DNA from: a virus
Lineage: Duplodnaviria > Caudoviricetes
Strand: one strand, 5' to 3'
DNA: 56,138 bases
Virus record (IMG/VR): IMGVR_UViG_3300017909_002576
Location: 1-56,138 of that record
Shown here piece after piece: positions 8,515-17,434 of the stretch; within the stretch, counting starts at the first letter, position 1, and the number at the start of each line of letters is the position of its first letter. Both the position numbers and the translations under genes were made by a program. The notes below the pieces were generated by a model that worked only from the letters and a program-made list of their open reading frames with translations, was not told where the DNA came from and did not search any database.

Positions 8515-8823
8515 ATGTTTATAAAACACTTTTGTAGAATGTTAACACGTGAAGAACTCAGTGATGAGGACGTCATGGTGTATTATGACATTGTGCAAAG
8601 TGTTGTACCAACAAAACTTATAACTGCATATGACGAAGTCAAAAAGAAAGTAGGTGTTGACGTTATAGCATACACCGATGACGATAACCAAGGTCCTATG
8701 TGGATATATGAAATTGTTTTAGCAAATGAAATTGATCCAGAAGAAGGCGACAACATTTCTGAAATTTTGTTTGATGAATTTGAAGAAGTACAATTTACTT
8801 TTGAAGCATCAGTAGAAGTATGA
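8515..8823 (+). CDS. Hypothetical acidic protein
   Basis: 102-aa ORF abutting both neighbours. Confidence 0.6.
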   Translation: MFIKHFCRMLTREELSDEDVMVYYDIVQSVVPTKLITAYDEVKKKVGVDVIAYTDDDNQGPMWIYEIVLANEIDPEEGDNISEILFDEFEEVQFTFEASVEV

Positions 8824-9023
8824 TTGTAGAAGTTCATTATGTAGGCAATGAGTTTGTTGCCTACGATGAACAAGGTAAACGTATTACTGATCGTTCTATA
8901 TTAGATCAAATTTCTTTTGATCAATTCCCCGGATACAACTCTGTAGTCAAATTAGAACTTGACAATTCCAGTATTCCTGTTATAATACAACCATTAGGCG
9001 TAAATATTAACATTAAAACTTAG
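8820..9023 (+). CDS. Hypothetical protein
   Basis: 67 aa with an ATGA overlap. Contains an internal TTGACA-16-TATAAT (8959-8986) serving the next gene. Confidence 0.55.
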   Translation: MIVEVHYVGNEFVAYDEQGKRITDRSILDQISFDQFPGYNSVVKLELDNSSIPVIIQPLGVNINIKT

Positions 9024-9031
9024 GAATAAAT

Positions 9032-9295
9032 ATGGCATTTAATAAAGTATTCAATCAAGAAGAAGTAGCCAGATTGAAAAAGTTAATTCAGGAAGGCGAC
9101 CAAGTTCTTTATGAAGTAGACGCTCTTAATACTGGTTTAAGAGAAACTGTAAAAGCAATCGCAGAGGAAATGGACGTTAAACCAAGCATCTTAATGAAAG
9201 CAGTAAAGATTGCTCATAAAGCCAAGTTCACAGATGAACGAGATAATTTTGATGAACTTGAAACAATTCTTGAGGCAGTAGGCAAAACGTTGTAA
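9032..9295 (+). CDS. Small dsDNA-binding protein (T4 DsbA/GapR-like)
   Basis: 87-aa helical protein, LRETVKAIAEEMDVKPSILMKAVKIAHK...FDELETIL. Confidence 0.55.
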   Translation: MAFNKVFNQEEVARLKKLIQEGDQVLYEVDALNTGLRETVKAIAEEMDVKPSILMKAVKIAHKAKFTDERDNFDELETILEAVGKTL

Positions 9296-9915
9296 TGACT
9301 GTACCTTACATATTTGGTACAACAAAAAACTTATCACCTGAAGATATTATTTTATTGGACAAGTACAGTGAGCAACACGGTATGTTCACATCTGCTAAAA
9401 CTAATCAAAATACATATCCGCCTGTAGTAGCAGATAACTGGACGTTAAGTTCTCATCCTCGACATTTAAAATCTATACTACTTTCGGTATTTGAAGAACA
9501 TGATCTTTGGGATATAGACATTTACAATCCTATACAGTTTAGTAAAAATATTGAAGTACTTAAATATGCTAACACTGGCGAATTTCCTTGGCATATAGAC
9601 ACTACTCAGGACCAAGTATGGAATTGTACGTTAAGAGAAACAAACGACGAAACTATAGTTGGCGACTATAATGTAGCAGTAGTAGATGCCTTAGATAGAA
9701 AAGTTACTTGTATCTTATCTTTGTCTTCTGATTATGAAGGAGGTAATTTTCAGATAAGAGAAATAGATTCGGAAGATATTATTTTTGATCGTAGATTATT
9801 GTTTGGTGAATATATTATTTTTCCTACAGTTTATCCCCATCGTGTAACATCAGTTACAGGTGGTGAAAGACATGTTTTAGCATCATGGCTTAAAGGAAAG
9901 CCATATAATGCTTGA
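9295..9915 (+). CDS. 2OG-Fe(II) oxygenase
   Basis: FPWHID (HxD), RKVTCILSLS.DYEGG, FPTVYPHRV, ERHVLASW. Confidence 0.85.
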   Translation: MTVPYIFGTTKNLSPEDIILLDKYSEQHGMFTSAKTNQNTYPPVVADNWTLSSHPRHLKSILLSVFEEHDLWDIDIYNPIQFSKNIEVLKYANTGEFPWHIDTTQDQVWNCTLRETNDETIVGDYNVAVVDALDRKVTCILSLSSDYEGGNFQIREIDSEDIIFDRRLLFGEYIIFPTVYPHRVTSVTGGERHVLASWLKGKPYNA

Positions 9916-9939
9916 CAAACTACAATTTTGTAGTATAAT
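9912..9939 (+). promoter_or_regulatory. Sigma70-type promoter for DNA polymerase
   Basis: TTGACA-16-TATAAT. Confidence 0.75.
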
Positions 9940-9954
9940 TTAATTTTAGGTATT

Positions 9955-9974
9955 GCGTCAGCCACAAATGATGC
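9955..9974 (+). promoter_or_regulatory. Leader hairpin before the polymerase RBS (possible translational operator)
   Basis: GCGTCA-GCCACAAA-TGATGC immediately 5' of TTGGAG. Confidence 0.4.
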
Positions 9975-9989
9975 TTGGAGATTATTGTA

Positions 9990-12674
9990 ATGAGTTATGT
10001 AGATGCCATTCACGACACAAAAAATGATGTTGTAAATGTTGTAGAAAGGGTAGATGGTAAAAGAATATTTACAGAACTGAAACCTATCTATAATTTTTAT
10101 TATGCAGATCCATATGGCAAGAAACGTAGCATTTACGATGAGCCAGTCACAGAAGTAAAGTGTAGCAGTCAAAAAGACTTTAGAAAAAACGTCGGCTTAC
10201 ACAAAAATCGAAAAACATATGAAAGCGATATTAAGGTTGTAAACAAAACCTTATCTGCACATTATGGCGGCCAGGAAGGGCCTAAACTGCATACATGCTT
10301 TTTTGATATTGAGGTAGACTTTGATCCTAAACGTGGATACAGTAGTCCTCAAGATCCTTTCACTCCAATTACTGCAATAGGCTGTTATCTCGATTGGTTA
10401 GATGTAACAGTATGCTTGGCAGTTCCACCCAAAACACTGAGTTGGGAACAGGCACAAGAAGTTGCCAAAGAGTTACCAGAAGTAAAATTATTTAGAACAG
10501 AAAAAGAAATGCTTGATGTATTTCTTGATGTCATCGATGATGCTGATATCTTAAGCGGATGGAATTCAGAAGGGTATGATATTCCATACACAATTAATCG
10601 TATCATTAGAACTATGGGTAAAGCAGAAACAAGACGTATGTGCCTACTTAATAAGTTTCCTAAAGAACGTAGGTATGAACAGTTTGGTAGAGAAACAGTT
10701 AGTTATGATTTAGTTGGTAGAGTACACCTTGACTATTTGCAACTATACAGAAAGTATAACTATGAAGAACGACACAGTTATAGGCTTGACTACATTGGCG
10801 AAATGGAAGTAGGTGAGAAGAAAGTAGCCTATGAAGGAAGTTTAGATAGGCTTTATAATCATGACTTTCTAAAATTTTTAGAATACAACATTCAAGACGT
10901 TGTTCTCTTGGCTAAGATGGATAAGAAATTACAGTTTATTGATCTTGCTAACACTATTGCACATGACAATACAGTACTACTTCCTGTAACAATGGGTGCT
11001 GTAGCAACAACAGAACAAGCAATTATTAATGAAGCACATAGGCGTAATTTTGTTGTTCCAGATAGAAACAGAGAGCAAAAAGGAGATACTACTGCCGCTG
11101 GTGCCTATGTGGCATTTCCAAAGAAAGGTTTTCATGAATGGATAGGTAGCATGGACTTAAACAGTCTGTATCCATCTGTTTTCCGGGCATTGAACATGGC
11201 GCCAGAAACTATTGTAGGTCAGTTAAGACAAGACTATACAGAAGAAGAAATACAAAACAAGATTAAATTAGAAAAGAAATCATTTGCAGATGCGTGGTTA
11301 GGTAAGTTTGGTAGTAATGAATATGACTTTGTTATAGGTAAAGATGTTGACCACAAAATGCATTTGGATATGGAAGATGGTACAAGTGTTGAAGTTACAG
11401 GTGCTGATGTTTATAACTTAGTTTTCAATAGTGGTCAACCTTGGAACATTAGTGCCAATGGTACTATATTTAAAACAGACTTCCAAGGCATTGTACCTGG
11501 ACTATTAGAACGTTGGTATGCTGAAAGACAAGAACTACAAGCAAAGAAAAAACAAGCAACCACTGATGCCGAGATTGCATTTTGGGATAAAAGACAGTTG
11601 GTTAAAAAGATTAACCTTAACAGTTTGTATGGTGCAATATTGAATCCAGGTTGTAGATTCTTTGATAAAAGAATCGGTCAAAGTACAACTCTAACAGGTC
11701 GTGCTATCACAAAACACATGGGAGCAGAAACTAACAGACTGCTAACAGGTACATATGATCATGTTGGTGAAACTATTGTTTATGGTGATACTGACTCTGT
11801 ATATTTTACAGCCGTACCAGCACTACCCGAAGGCGAAAAATTAGATATGGATAGTGCGATTAAGTTGTATGATCACATATCAGATACTGTAAGTGAAACA
11901 TTTCCACAAATGTTAAAAGATCAGTTTAACGTGCCTTTAAGTTCTGGCAAAGTAATGAAAGCAGGACGTGAAGTGGTTGGTAGAGCAGGATTGTTTATCA
12001 CTAAGAAAAGATATGCTATTAACTGTTTAGATATAGAAGGTTGGCAACCAGAAGGCGGAAAACTTAAAGTTATGGGCCTCGATATTAAGAGATCAGATAC
12101 TCCTGAGTTTGTACAAGACTTTCTCGAAGAACTCTTAAAAGATGCTTTGGCAGGCAACACAGAAGATGAAATTTTTACAAAGATTAAAGAGTACAAGAAA
12201 TACTTTAACAGTTTAGACTCTTGGAAGAAAGGCATGCCTAAACGTGTAAACAATCTTACAATGTACACAGCAAAGTTACTGAAACAAGCAAAAGTACCAG
12301 AGAATTATAGACTGCACAAATTAGAAGCAGTAAAGAATGAATCAGAAAATAATATGATACCTGGTCACGTGAGGGCCAGTATTAATTGGAATAACCTTAA
12401 ACAAGCAAACAGCGATAACTACAGTTTACCAATTACTGATGGTGCAAAAGTTATTGTGTGTAGGCTTAGAAGTAATCCTATGGGTTATACCAGTGTTGCA
12501 TATCCAACCGATGAACTCAACTTGCCCGAATGGTTCAAAGAACTACCATTTGATGATGATGGTATGGAAGAAGCAGTATTGGATAAGAAGATTGAAAATG
12601 TGATTGGTGCAATGGGTTACGATATGAATAGAATGAATGAAAGCGAAACATTACAAGCATTCTTTGAATTTTAA
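9990..12674 (+). CDS. Family B DNA polymerase
   Basis: ExoI FDIEV, ExoII GWNSEGYD, ExoIII YNIQD, motif A DLNSLYPS, motif B KINLNSLYG, motif C YGDTDS, KKRY. Start set at MSYVDA after GGAG. Confidence 0.97.
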   Translation: MSYVDAIHDTKNDVVNVVERVDGKRIFTELKPIYNFYYADPYGKKRSIYDEPVTEVKCSSQKDFRKNVGLHKNRKTYESDIKVVNKTLSAHYGGQEGPKLHTCFFDIEVDFDPKRGYSSPQDPFTPITAIGCYLDWLDVTVCLAVPPKTLSWEQAQEVAKELPEVKLFRTEKEMLDVFLDVIDDADILSGWNSEGYDIPYTINRIIRTMGKAETRRMCLLNKFPKERRYEQFGRETVSYDLVGRVHLDYLQLYRKYNYEERHSYRLDYIGEMEVGEKKVAYEGSLDRLYNHDFLKFLEYNIQDVVLLAKMDKKLQFIDLANTIAHDNTVLLPVTMGAVATTEQAIINEAHRRNFVVPDRNREQKGDTTAAGAYVAFPKKGFHEWIGSMDLNSLYPSVFRALNMAPETIVGQLRQDYTEEEIQNKIKLEKKSFADAWLGKFGSNEYDFVIGKDVDHKMHLDMEDGTSVEVTGADVYNLVFNSGQPWNISANGTIFKTDFQGIVPGLLERWYAERQELQAKKKQATTDAEIAFWDKRQLVKKINLNSLYGAILNPGCRFFDKRIGQSTTLTGRAITKHMGAETNRLLTGTYDHVGETIVYGDTDSVYFTAVPALPEGEKLDMDSAIKLYDHISDTVSETFPQMLKDQFNVPLSSGKVMKAGREVVGRAGLFITKKRYAINCLDIEGWQPEGGKLKVMGLDIKRSDTPEFVQDFLEELLKDALAGNTEDEIFTKIKEYKKYFNSLDSWKKGMPKRVNNLTMYTAKLLKQAKVPENYRLHKLEAVKNESENNMIPGHVRASINWNNLKQANSDNYSLPITDGAKVIVCRLRSNPMGYTSVAYPTDELNLPEWFKELPFDDDGMEEAVLDKKIENVIGAMGYDMNRMNESETLQAFFEF

Positions 12675-12698
12675 TCGAAAAAAATGGATAAAAAACAC

Positions 12699-12727
12699 TT
12701 GACTTATCTAAATAGTTATAGTATAAT
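12699..12727 (+). promoter_or_regulatory. Sigma70-type promoter with embedded TAAATA
   Basis: TTGACT-17-TATAAT, with CTAAATAG in the spacer. Confidence 0.6.
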
Positions 12728-12751
12728 TTATGAATAATATTGGAGGTCCTT

Positions 12752-13507
12752 ATGGCAAATAATTATATTAAAGATGTTTTTAAAGATGTGTTAAAACATA
12801 CACATGGTTTAGGCATCTTTGAAATGGTAAAAGTAATTGGTACTGTAGAAAGTACTGAAATAGAAACTGTAGACGCAGAAAAAACTGTTATCTTAAAAGG
12901 TAGCACTCATACGCCTGTGCCTGACTTTGTAGACGCAACTGTAGGGTTAAGTAGAATGGGTGTACTACAAGGTTATTTACAGTATCCCGGTTTTGACAAT
13001 GAAGATGCAACAGTTGAAATTAAAACACAAGAACGTAATGATGATACAGTTCCTGTAGAAGTAGAATTTAAAAGTTCAGATGGTAACGATGCACATTACA
13101 GATTTATGTTAGCAGATGTTATTAATCAACAACTTAAAGACATTAAGTTCAAAGGTGCAGAGTTTGATATTAACATTGTGCCAAGTGTAAAAAATTTAAA
13201 AGACTTAGCATATTTTAATAGTGTGTTAGGTACATATGAAGGTAACTTTAGTCCTAAAACAAATGGTACTGAATTACATTTTAACATTGGTGACGGTGTT
13301 AGTGATAGAACACAAATTTTAATTAACAGCGATATTGATGGCAGTATCACAAGAGATTGGAGATGGCCATTAGATATTGTTCTAAAGATTTTAAGACTTG
13401 GAGAGTCTGGTAATTGTGTAATGAGTTTCAATGATCAAGGTCTATTACAAATTGTTGTAGATAGTGGTCTTGGTGTGTACACATACTTATTGCCAGCAAA
13501 AAGTTAA
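12752..13507 (+). CDS. Probable sliding clamp / processivity factor
   Basis: About 250 aa, directly after the polymerase. Alternating alpha/beta pattern and a C-terminal YTYLLPA strand as in gp45/PCNA-type clamps. The call rests on size, position and pattern only. Confidence 0.55.
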   Translation: MANNYIKDVFKDVLKHTHGLGIFEMVKVIGTVESTEIETVDAEKTVILKGSTHTPVPDFVDATVGLSRMGVLQGYLQYPGFDNEDATVEIKTQERNDDTVPVEVEFKSSDGNDAHYRFMLADVINQQLKDIKFKGAEFDINIVPSVKNLKDLAYFNSVLGTYEGNFSPKTNGTELHFNIGDGVSDRTQILINSDIDGSITRDWRWPLDIVLKILRLGESGNCVMSFNDQGLLQIVVDSGLGVYTYLLPAKS

Positions 13508-13508
13508 T

Positions 13509-15059
13509 ATGGATTTAGGCAAAACACAAAGAGATTATGCAGTTTATCTCCCTGCTATCAGCAGTTTTTACACTAAGCAATTAGAAAAAGTAGAAAGAGT
13601 TACTGAAAGTAGAGTTCCTGCAGGCTTTGAAAAAGGACATGAAGGTTTAGACTTTTTACGTCCAGATGCCTATTTTTATTATCCTAATGGTTTGTATTCG
13701 GCAGGCCATGCTCAGTTAGACTTAGATAAAACAGATAAAGACGAACCTATGATTCAACATAGAGATAGGAATACGTCTATGATACTTGGAGACTCAGGTG
13801 GTTTCCAGATTGCAACTGGTGTTCTTAAAATGGATTGGAAAAATGCCAAGGACCCAAACGATCCAGCCAGAACTGCAATTTGTAATAAAATTCTCAAGTG
13901 GTTAGAACATACAGCAGATTGGAGTATGACACTTGATATACCAGCCTTTGCCGCAGTGGCGCCTTTAAGTAAAAAAACAGGACTAACTGATTTTAAGGAT
14001 ACACTTGATATAAGTTTATTAAATCTTGATTATTTTGTTAGAAATAGAACGCCGGGTGCTACTAAATTCCTTAATGTTTTGAGTGGTACTGATGAGTCTA
14101 CAAGTAAAGAATGGTACGAGGCAGTAAAGCATTTTTCTAATTCTGCTTTTGTCTCAGAAGGATACGGCGATGCAAACAGAACTCTTGAGGGATATGCATT
14201 TGCTGGTATTAACATGAAAGACATGTCTTGTGTACTTAATAGAATGCTTGACTTACGTGAAGATGGATTACTGGAAGGCAAAGATTGGATACACTTTCTC
14301 GGCACAGGTAGATTACAATGGGCATGTTTCTTAACTGCAATACAAAGGCAACTAAGAAAATATGACAATCCAAACATTACATTGAGTTTTGATGCCGCAA
14401 GTCCTTTTGTTAATACTGCATATGGTCAAACTTATGCTTATAACTTCTTTGAACCAGGCAAGTTTGGTTATTTTATGGACAGAGCATTTGACAATCAGAG
14501 ATGGAAAGATTCAGATACACCTGCACCATTTGGCCATAGTCCTGTAATGAGCAGACTTACAATGGGCGATTTATGTCCTATGGCGGCAGGTGATTTGGAT
14601 AAAAATGGCAAGGCCAAACTTGCTGAGGGACAGCCTATATTAGACAAAGAGGGCAAACCTAAACTTGACAGCGAAGGTAATCCTATGGTTGCAGAACGCG
14701 ATAGTACAAGTTGGGACACACAAAGTTACTTGTATTACATGGGGCATAGTGTGTTCAATCATATTACAGCAGTACAAGAAGCAAACAGACTTGCTGATGT
14801 AGAAAGATATAGAGAAGATATTGATTACAAACATTGGAAGAAGCCTACTAAGAAAAGCAGTAAGGCACAAGAAATCTCTCCATATGTACCTGTAAACATT
14901 ATATATTTTCAAAAATTTGTCGAAGATTTACTCGACCCACAAAATCCTAATCCAAGAGAAATGATTTCTAAATACAAAGAGTTTCTTACACATATTAGTT
15001 TTGGTGGTGAGGAAGATGAAGTAGATGAAGAAGTAATGGATACGTTTTTTGAATTTTAA
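13509..15059 (+). CDS. TGT/DpdA-fold guanine transglycosylase
   Basis: GDSGGFQ, MTLDIP, IHFLGTG and SFDAASP are the TGT catalytic and substrate-binding motifs. No CxCxxC zinc site. Start MDLGK at 13509. Confidence 0.75.
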   Translation: MDLGKTQRDYAVYLPAISSFYTKQLEKVERVTESRVPAGFEKGHEGLDFLRPDAYFYYPNGLYSAGHAQLDLDKTDKDEPMIQHRDRNTSMILGDSGGFQIATGVLKMDWKNAKDPNDPARTAICNKILKWLEHTADWSMTLDIPAFAAVAPLSKKTGLTDFKDTLDISLLNLDYFVRNRTPGATKFLNVLSGTDESTSKEWYEAVKHFSNSAFVSEGYGDANRTLEGYAFAGINMKDMSCVLNRMLDLREDGLLEGKDWIHFLGTGRLQWACFLTAIQRQLRKYDNPNITLSFDAASPFVNTAYGQTYAYNFFEPGKFGYFMDRAFDNQRWKDSDTPAPFGHSPVMSRLTMGDLCPMAAGDLDKNGKAKLAEGQPILDKEGKPKLDSEGNPMVAERDSTSWDTQSYLYYMGHSVFNHITAVQEANRLADVERYREDIDYKHWKKPTKKSSKAQEISPYVPVNIIYFQKFVEDLLDPQNPNPREMISKYKEFLTHISFGGEEDEVDEEVMDTFFEF

Positions 15060-15073
15060 AAGAGGATATTATA

Positions 15074-15400
15074 ATGGATAAACTGGACCCACCATTAGCA
15101 AAAGCATATCATTTAATTAGAAACATTAAACAATGGCATCATGATAGAAATCTTATTGATGGTGCAACAGATAAAGATCAATTAGCAAAACTTATTCAAG
15201 AAATGGGGGAACTAAGTGATAATATTTGTAAAGGCAAAGATGTTGCTGATGATATAGGTGACATGATTGTTGTATTAATAAACATTGCTGAAAGAAACAA
15301 TCTTACAATAGAGGACTGTTTAGAACAAGCATGGAATGATATCAAAGATCGTAAAGGCAAAATGGTTGATGGTATCTTTGTTAAAGAAGGAGACTTATAA
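15074..15400 (+). CDS. MazG-like nucleotide pyrophosphohydrolase
   Basis: QLAKLIQEMGEL...ADDIGDMIVVL...AWNDIKDRKGKMVDGIFVKE. Confidence 0.85.
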   Translation: MDKLDPPLAKAYHLIRNIKQWHHDRNLIDGATDKDQLAKLIQEMGELSDNICKGKDVADDIGDMIVVLINIAERNNLTIEDCLEQAWNDIKDRKGKMVDGIFVKEGDL

Positions 15401-15537
15401 TGATTTTGAAATGGTTATTAATTGGAATTTTAGTTGGCTGGCTTACTCCAAGGCCTGAATACTTGGCTCCTATAGAAGAAGCAATATGGAAGCCAATCAA
15501 AAAGAAAATTCCAGCAAAGTATAGATTCTGGGGATAA
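15400..15537 (+). CDS. Small membrane protein (45 aa, not in track)
   Basis: MILKWLLIGILVGWLTPRPEYLAPIEEAIWKPIKKKIPAKYRFWG. TAATG overlap and GGAG RBS. Confidence 0.65.
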   Translation: MILKWLLIGILVGWLTPRPEYLAPIEEAIWKPIKKKIPAKYRFWG

Positions 15538-15538
15538 A

Positions 15539-16051
15539 ATGGAAAGAGAAGGCCACGACATAGACACTAAGTTTTTTATTGGAACAGAAGTTGAACATAG
15601 TCCTGCTTATGGGCAAAAGACTTTGTTTGTTGTCGGCACACAACCTTACAAAGAAATTTTAGCAAGAGCACTTAACAATGAGTGCCCACATATCTACTTA
15701 GGCGCAAACCAAAGTTTTAGTGTCGACACAGAACATGCAAGTCAAGAGTGGGACTTTATGTTAAACAAACTTGTAGAAAATACTGGTATTTGGGTAACAC
15801 TTGATTTTGATGTAAAATATGTAGAATGGGTTCTCGAAAGTGGTATGACAGAGTATGACACTTTTATACCAATGATGAGTTGCAAATTACCTTACATTAA
15901 TCAATTAGGATATAATGCTTGTCTAAAAATAGACGACAAGGATTTTAAAGCAACAAACCCAGGTGTATGGACACACAAGGTACACGATTTAATGGATAGA
16001 AAAGTGTTTACCGATTGGACCAAATATACCAAAGATGAAGTTATAGAATAG
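15539..16051 (+). CDS. Conserved hypothetical protein in the deazaguanine cluster
   Basis: 170 aa, FFIGTEVEHSPAYGQKTLFVVG, HIYLGANQSF, KIDDKDFKATNPGVW. No recognised family. Confidence 0.7.
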   Translation: MEREGHDIDTKFFIGTEVEHSPAYGQKTLFVVGTQPYKEILARALNNECPHIYLGANQSFSVDTEHASQEWDFMLNKLVENTGIWVTLDFDVKYVEWVLESGMTEYDTFIPMMSCKLPYINQLGYNACLKIDDKDFKATNPGVWTHKVHDLMDRKVFTDWTKYTKDEVIE

Positions 16052-16052
16052 G

Positions 16053-16081
16053 TTGACAAATTATAGTTTTTATTATAAAAT
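16053..16081 (+). promoter_or_regulatory. Sigma70-type promoter (leaderless transcript)
   Basis: TTGACA-17-TAAAAT, with ATG 7 nt downstream. Confidence 0.6.
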
Positions 16082-16087
16082 ACATAT

Positions 16088-16276
16088 ATGGAAATAGTTC
16101 TTAAATACAAAAAAGGTAGATCTACTATATCTAATACTTTAGATATTAGCAATGTAAATGACCCAGAAGAACTTCAAGAAGTGTTGTTAGAATTTTTTGA
16201 TTTTATGATACTTGCTGGTGCAGAACTACCAGAAGAGGTATTAGAGGAATTAGACAATTATGATAGAAGTGATTAA
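16088..16276 (+). CDS. Hypothetical protein
   Basis: 62-aa ORF after the promoter. Confidence 0.6.
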   Translation: MEIVLKYKKGRSTISNTLDISNVNDPEELQEVLLEFFDFMILAGAELPEEVLEELDNYDRSD

Positions 16277-16424
16277 TTTTATTTTAGGTATAATCCTTAC
16301 TATTGCTATGGGATTTTTTGCTTATATGAGCCATGTGTTAGTAAGCGAAAAAAAAGCAAGATATAGAGCAGGAACACATGATTATTATGATAATCCAATA
16401 AAGGAACGTAATGAGCAGAGTTAA
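16260..16424 (+). CDS. Small single-TM protein (54 aa)
   Basis: MIEVINFILGIILTIAMGFFAYMSHVLV..., with GAGGA RBS. Confidence 0.6.
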   Translation: MIEVINFILGIILTIAMGFFAYMSHVLVSEKKARYRAGTHDYYDNPIKERNEQS

Positions 16425-16491
16425 AAAAGCAGTTATAGTTGTTATAGTTGTATTTGCATTAATTATAATTACTATGCCTGCACATGGATAA
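16411..16491 (+). CDS. Micro-peptide, signal/TM-like (26 aa)
   Basis: MSRVKKAVIVVIVVFALIIITMPAHG, with AAGGA RBS. Confidence 0.45.
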   Translation: MSRVKKAVIVVIVVFALIIITMPAHG

Positions 16492-16496
16492 GTTTT

Positions 16497-16655
16497 ATGG
16501 GACATCCTACTAACAGTCAAATTAAAAGAGCAGTTGATGAGGGTGTTGAAAAGATCCTTAAGGAACTTAAGGAGATAAAAGGAAGGTTACCTGCAGGACT
16601 ACACATAGAAAGTGGTTGGGCAGATGAAGAACGTAAAAAGAAGGACAATGATTGA
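16497..16655 (+). CDS. Hypothetical protein (52 aa)
   Basis: MGHPTNSQIKRAVDEGVEKILKELKEIKGRLPAG...; fills the gap in the gene chain. Confidence 0.5.
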   Translation: MGHPTNSQIKRAVDEGVEKILKELKEIKGRLPAGLHIESGWADEERKKKDND

Positions 16656-16734
16656 AGTATTAATTTGGTTAGCATTTATATTTGCAGGCATGTTGACAGT
16701 AGCAGTAATGTGGTATGAAATGAGAATCAAATGA
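16648..16734 (+). CDS. Single-TM micro-peptide (28 aa)
   Basis: MIEVLIWLAFIFAGMLTVAVMWYEMRIK, with AAGGA RBS. Confidence 0.5.
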   Translation: MIEVLIWLAFIFAGMLTVAVMWYEMRIK

Positions 16735-16826
16735 TAGAGGTTTTTATATGGAGCATTTTAGTAGTTACATGGGCAACATACGGAATGCATGTTTTAAAAG
16801 AGTTTGTGAGGAACCACACAGAATAG
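16731..16826 (+). CDS. Single-TM micro-peptide (31 aa)
   Basis: MIEVFIWSILVVTWATYGMHVLKEFVRNHTE, with an ATGA overlap. Confidence 0.5.
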   Translation: MIEVFIWSILVVTWATYGMHVLKEFVRNHTE

Positions 16827-16835
16827 GAGAGTATT

Positions 16836-17249
16836 ATGGCAGTTGAACCAAGTATTAAGAAGCCAAGTTTGTTTAGAAGAACTGTAATGGGTCTTGTAGC
16901 AGGTTGGAGGCGTGTAATGGATGTGAGATATAATCCACTTAAATATATCCCAGATCCGAGTTTACAAACATACTTTATGTTAGTTTTGTTTGTTGTGTGG
17001 AGTATATTTTTTGGACTTGTAGCGGCAAACTATTTAGGGTGGTTTGGTTATAACATTGTAGTTAGCATTGTTGTACATTGTGCTATTTTACTTCCGTTAG
17101 CCTTTACTAATGCTATCTTTATTGATGCAGAACGTGATGGGCATAAATGGTTAAAAGAATGGAAAGAAGAGCAAAACAGATGGACTCTTGTTACTAATAG
17201 ATTAAAGAAAAAGAATTTGGTAATTTGGAATCCAAACAAGGAGGCGTAA
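16836..17249 (+). CDS. Membrane protein
   Basis: 137 aa, two TM helices, YNPLKYIPDPSLQTYF motif, AGGAG RBS. Confidence 0.7.
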   Translation: MAVEPSIKKPSLFRRTVMGLVAGWRRVMDVRYNPLKYIPDPSLQTYFMLVLFVVWSIFFGLVAANYLGWFGYNIVVSIVVHCAILLPLAFTNAIFIDAERDGHKWLKEWKEEQNRWTLVTNRLKKKNLVIWNPNKEA

Positions 17250-17434
17250 TGGCAATATCAGATGAAATGAGAGAGCAACTTGAAATGGTTATCCAGTATG
17301 GAGACCAAATCAAGGCAATGTACAAAGAACAAGATGACGTTGATTATGAGATTGGCGACTATGATGAACCTATCACAGAACTGTTAGGTCATATGAATCA
17401 AGTGATGGAAGAAATTGACGGAGGTTGGTCATAA
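17249..17434 (+). CDS. Hypothetical acidic protein
   Basis: Start MAISDEM after AGGAGG. Confidence 0.65.
   Translation: MAISDEMREQLEMVIQYGDQIKAMYKEQDDVDYEIGDYDEPITELLGHMNQVMEEIDGGWS

Noticed and set aside
9990-12674. Intein or intron in the DNA polymerase
   Set aside because: Continuous ORF of normal length. The segment between motifs A and B has no intein splice residues or homing-endonuclease motifs.
13509-15059. Ordinary tRNA-guanine transglycosylase (tgt) for queuosine
   Set aside because: Highly divergent, no zinc site, no QueC/QueF/QueA nearby, and linked to replication genes. tRNA activity is not excluded, but the symbol was not assigned.
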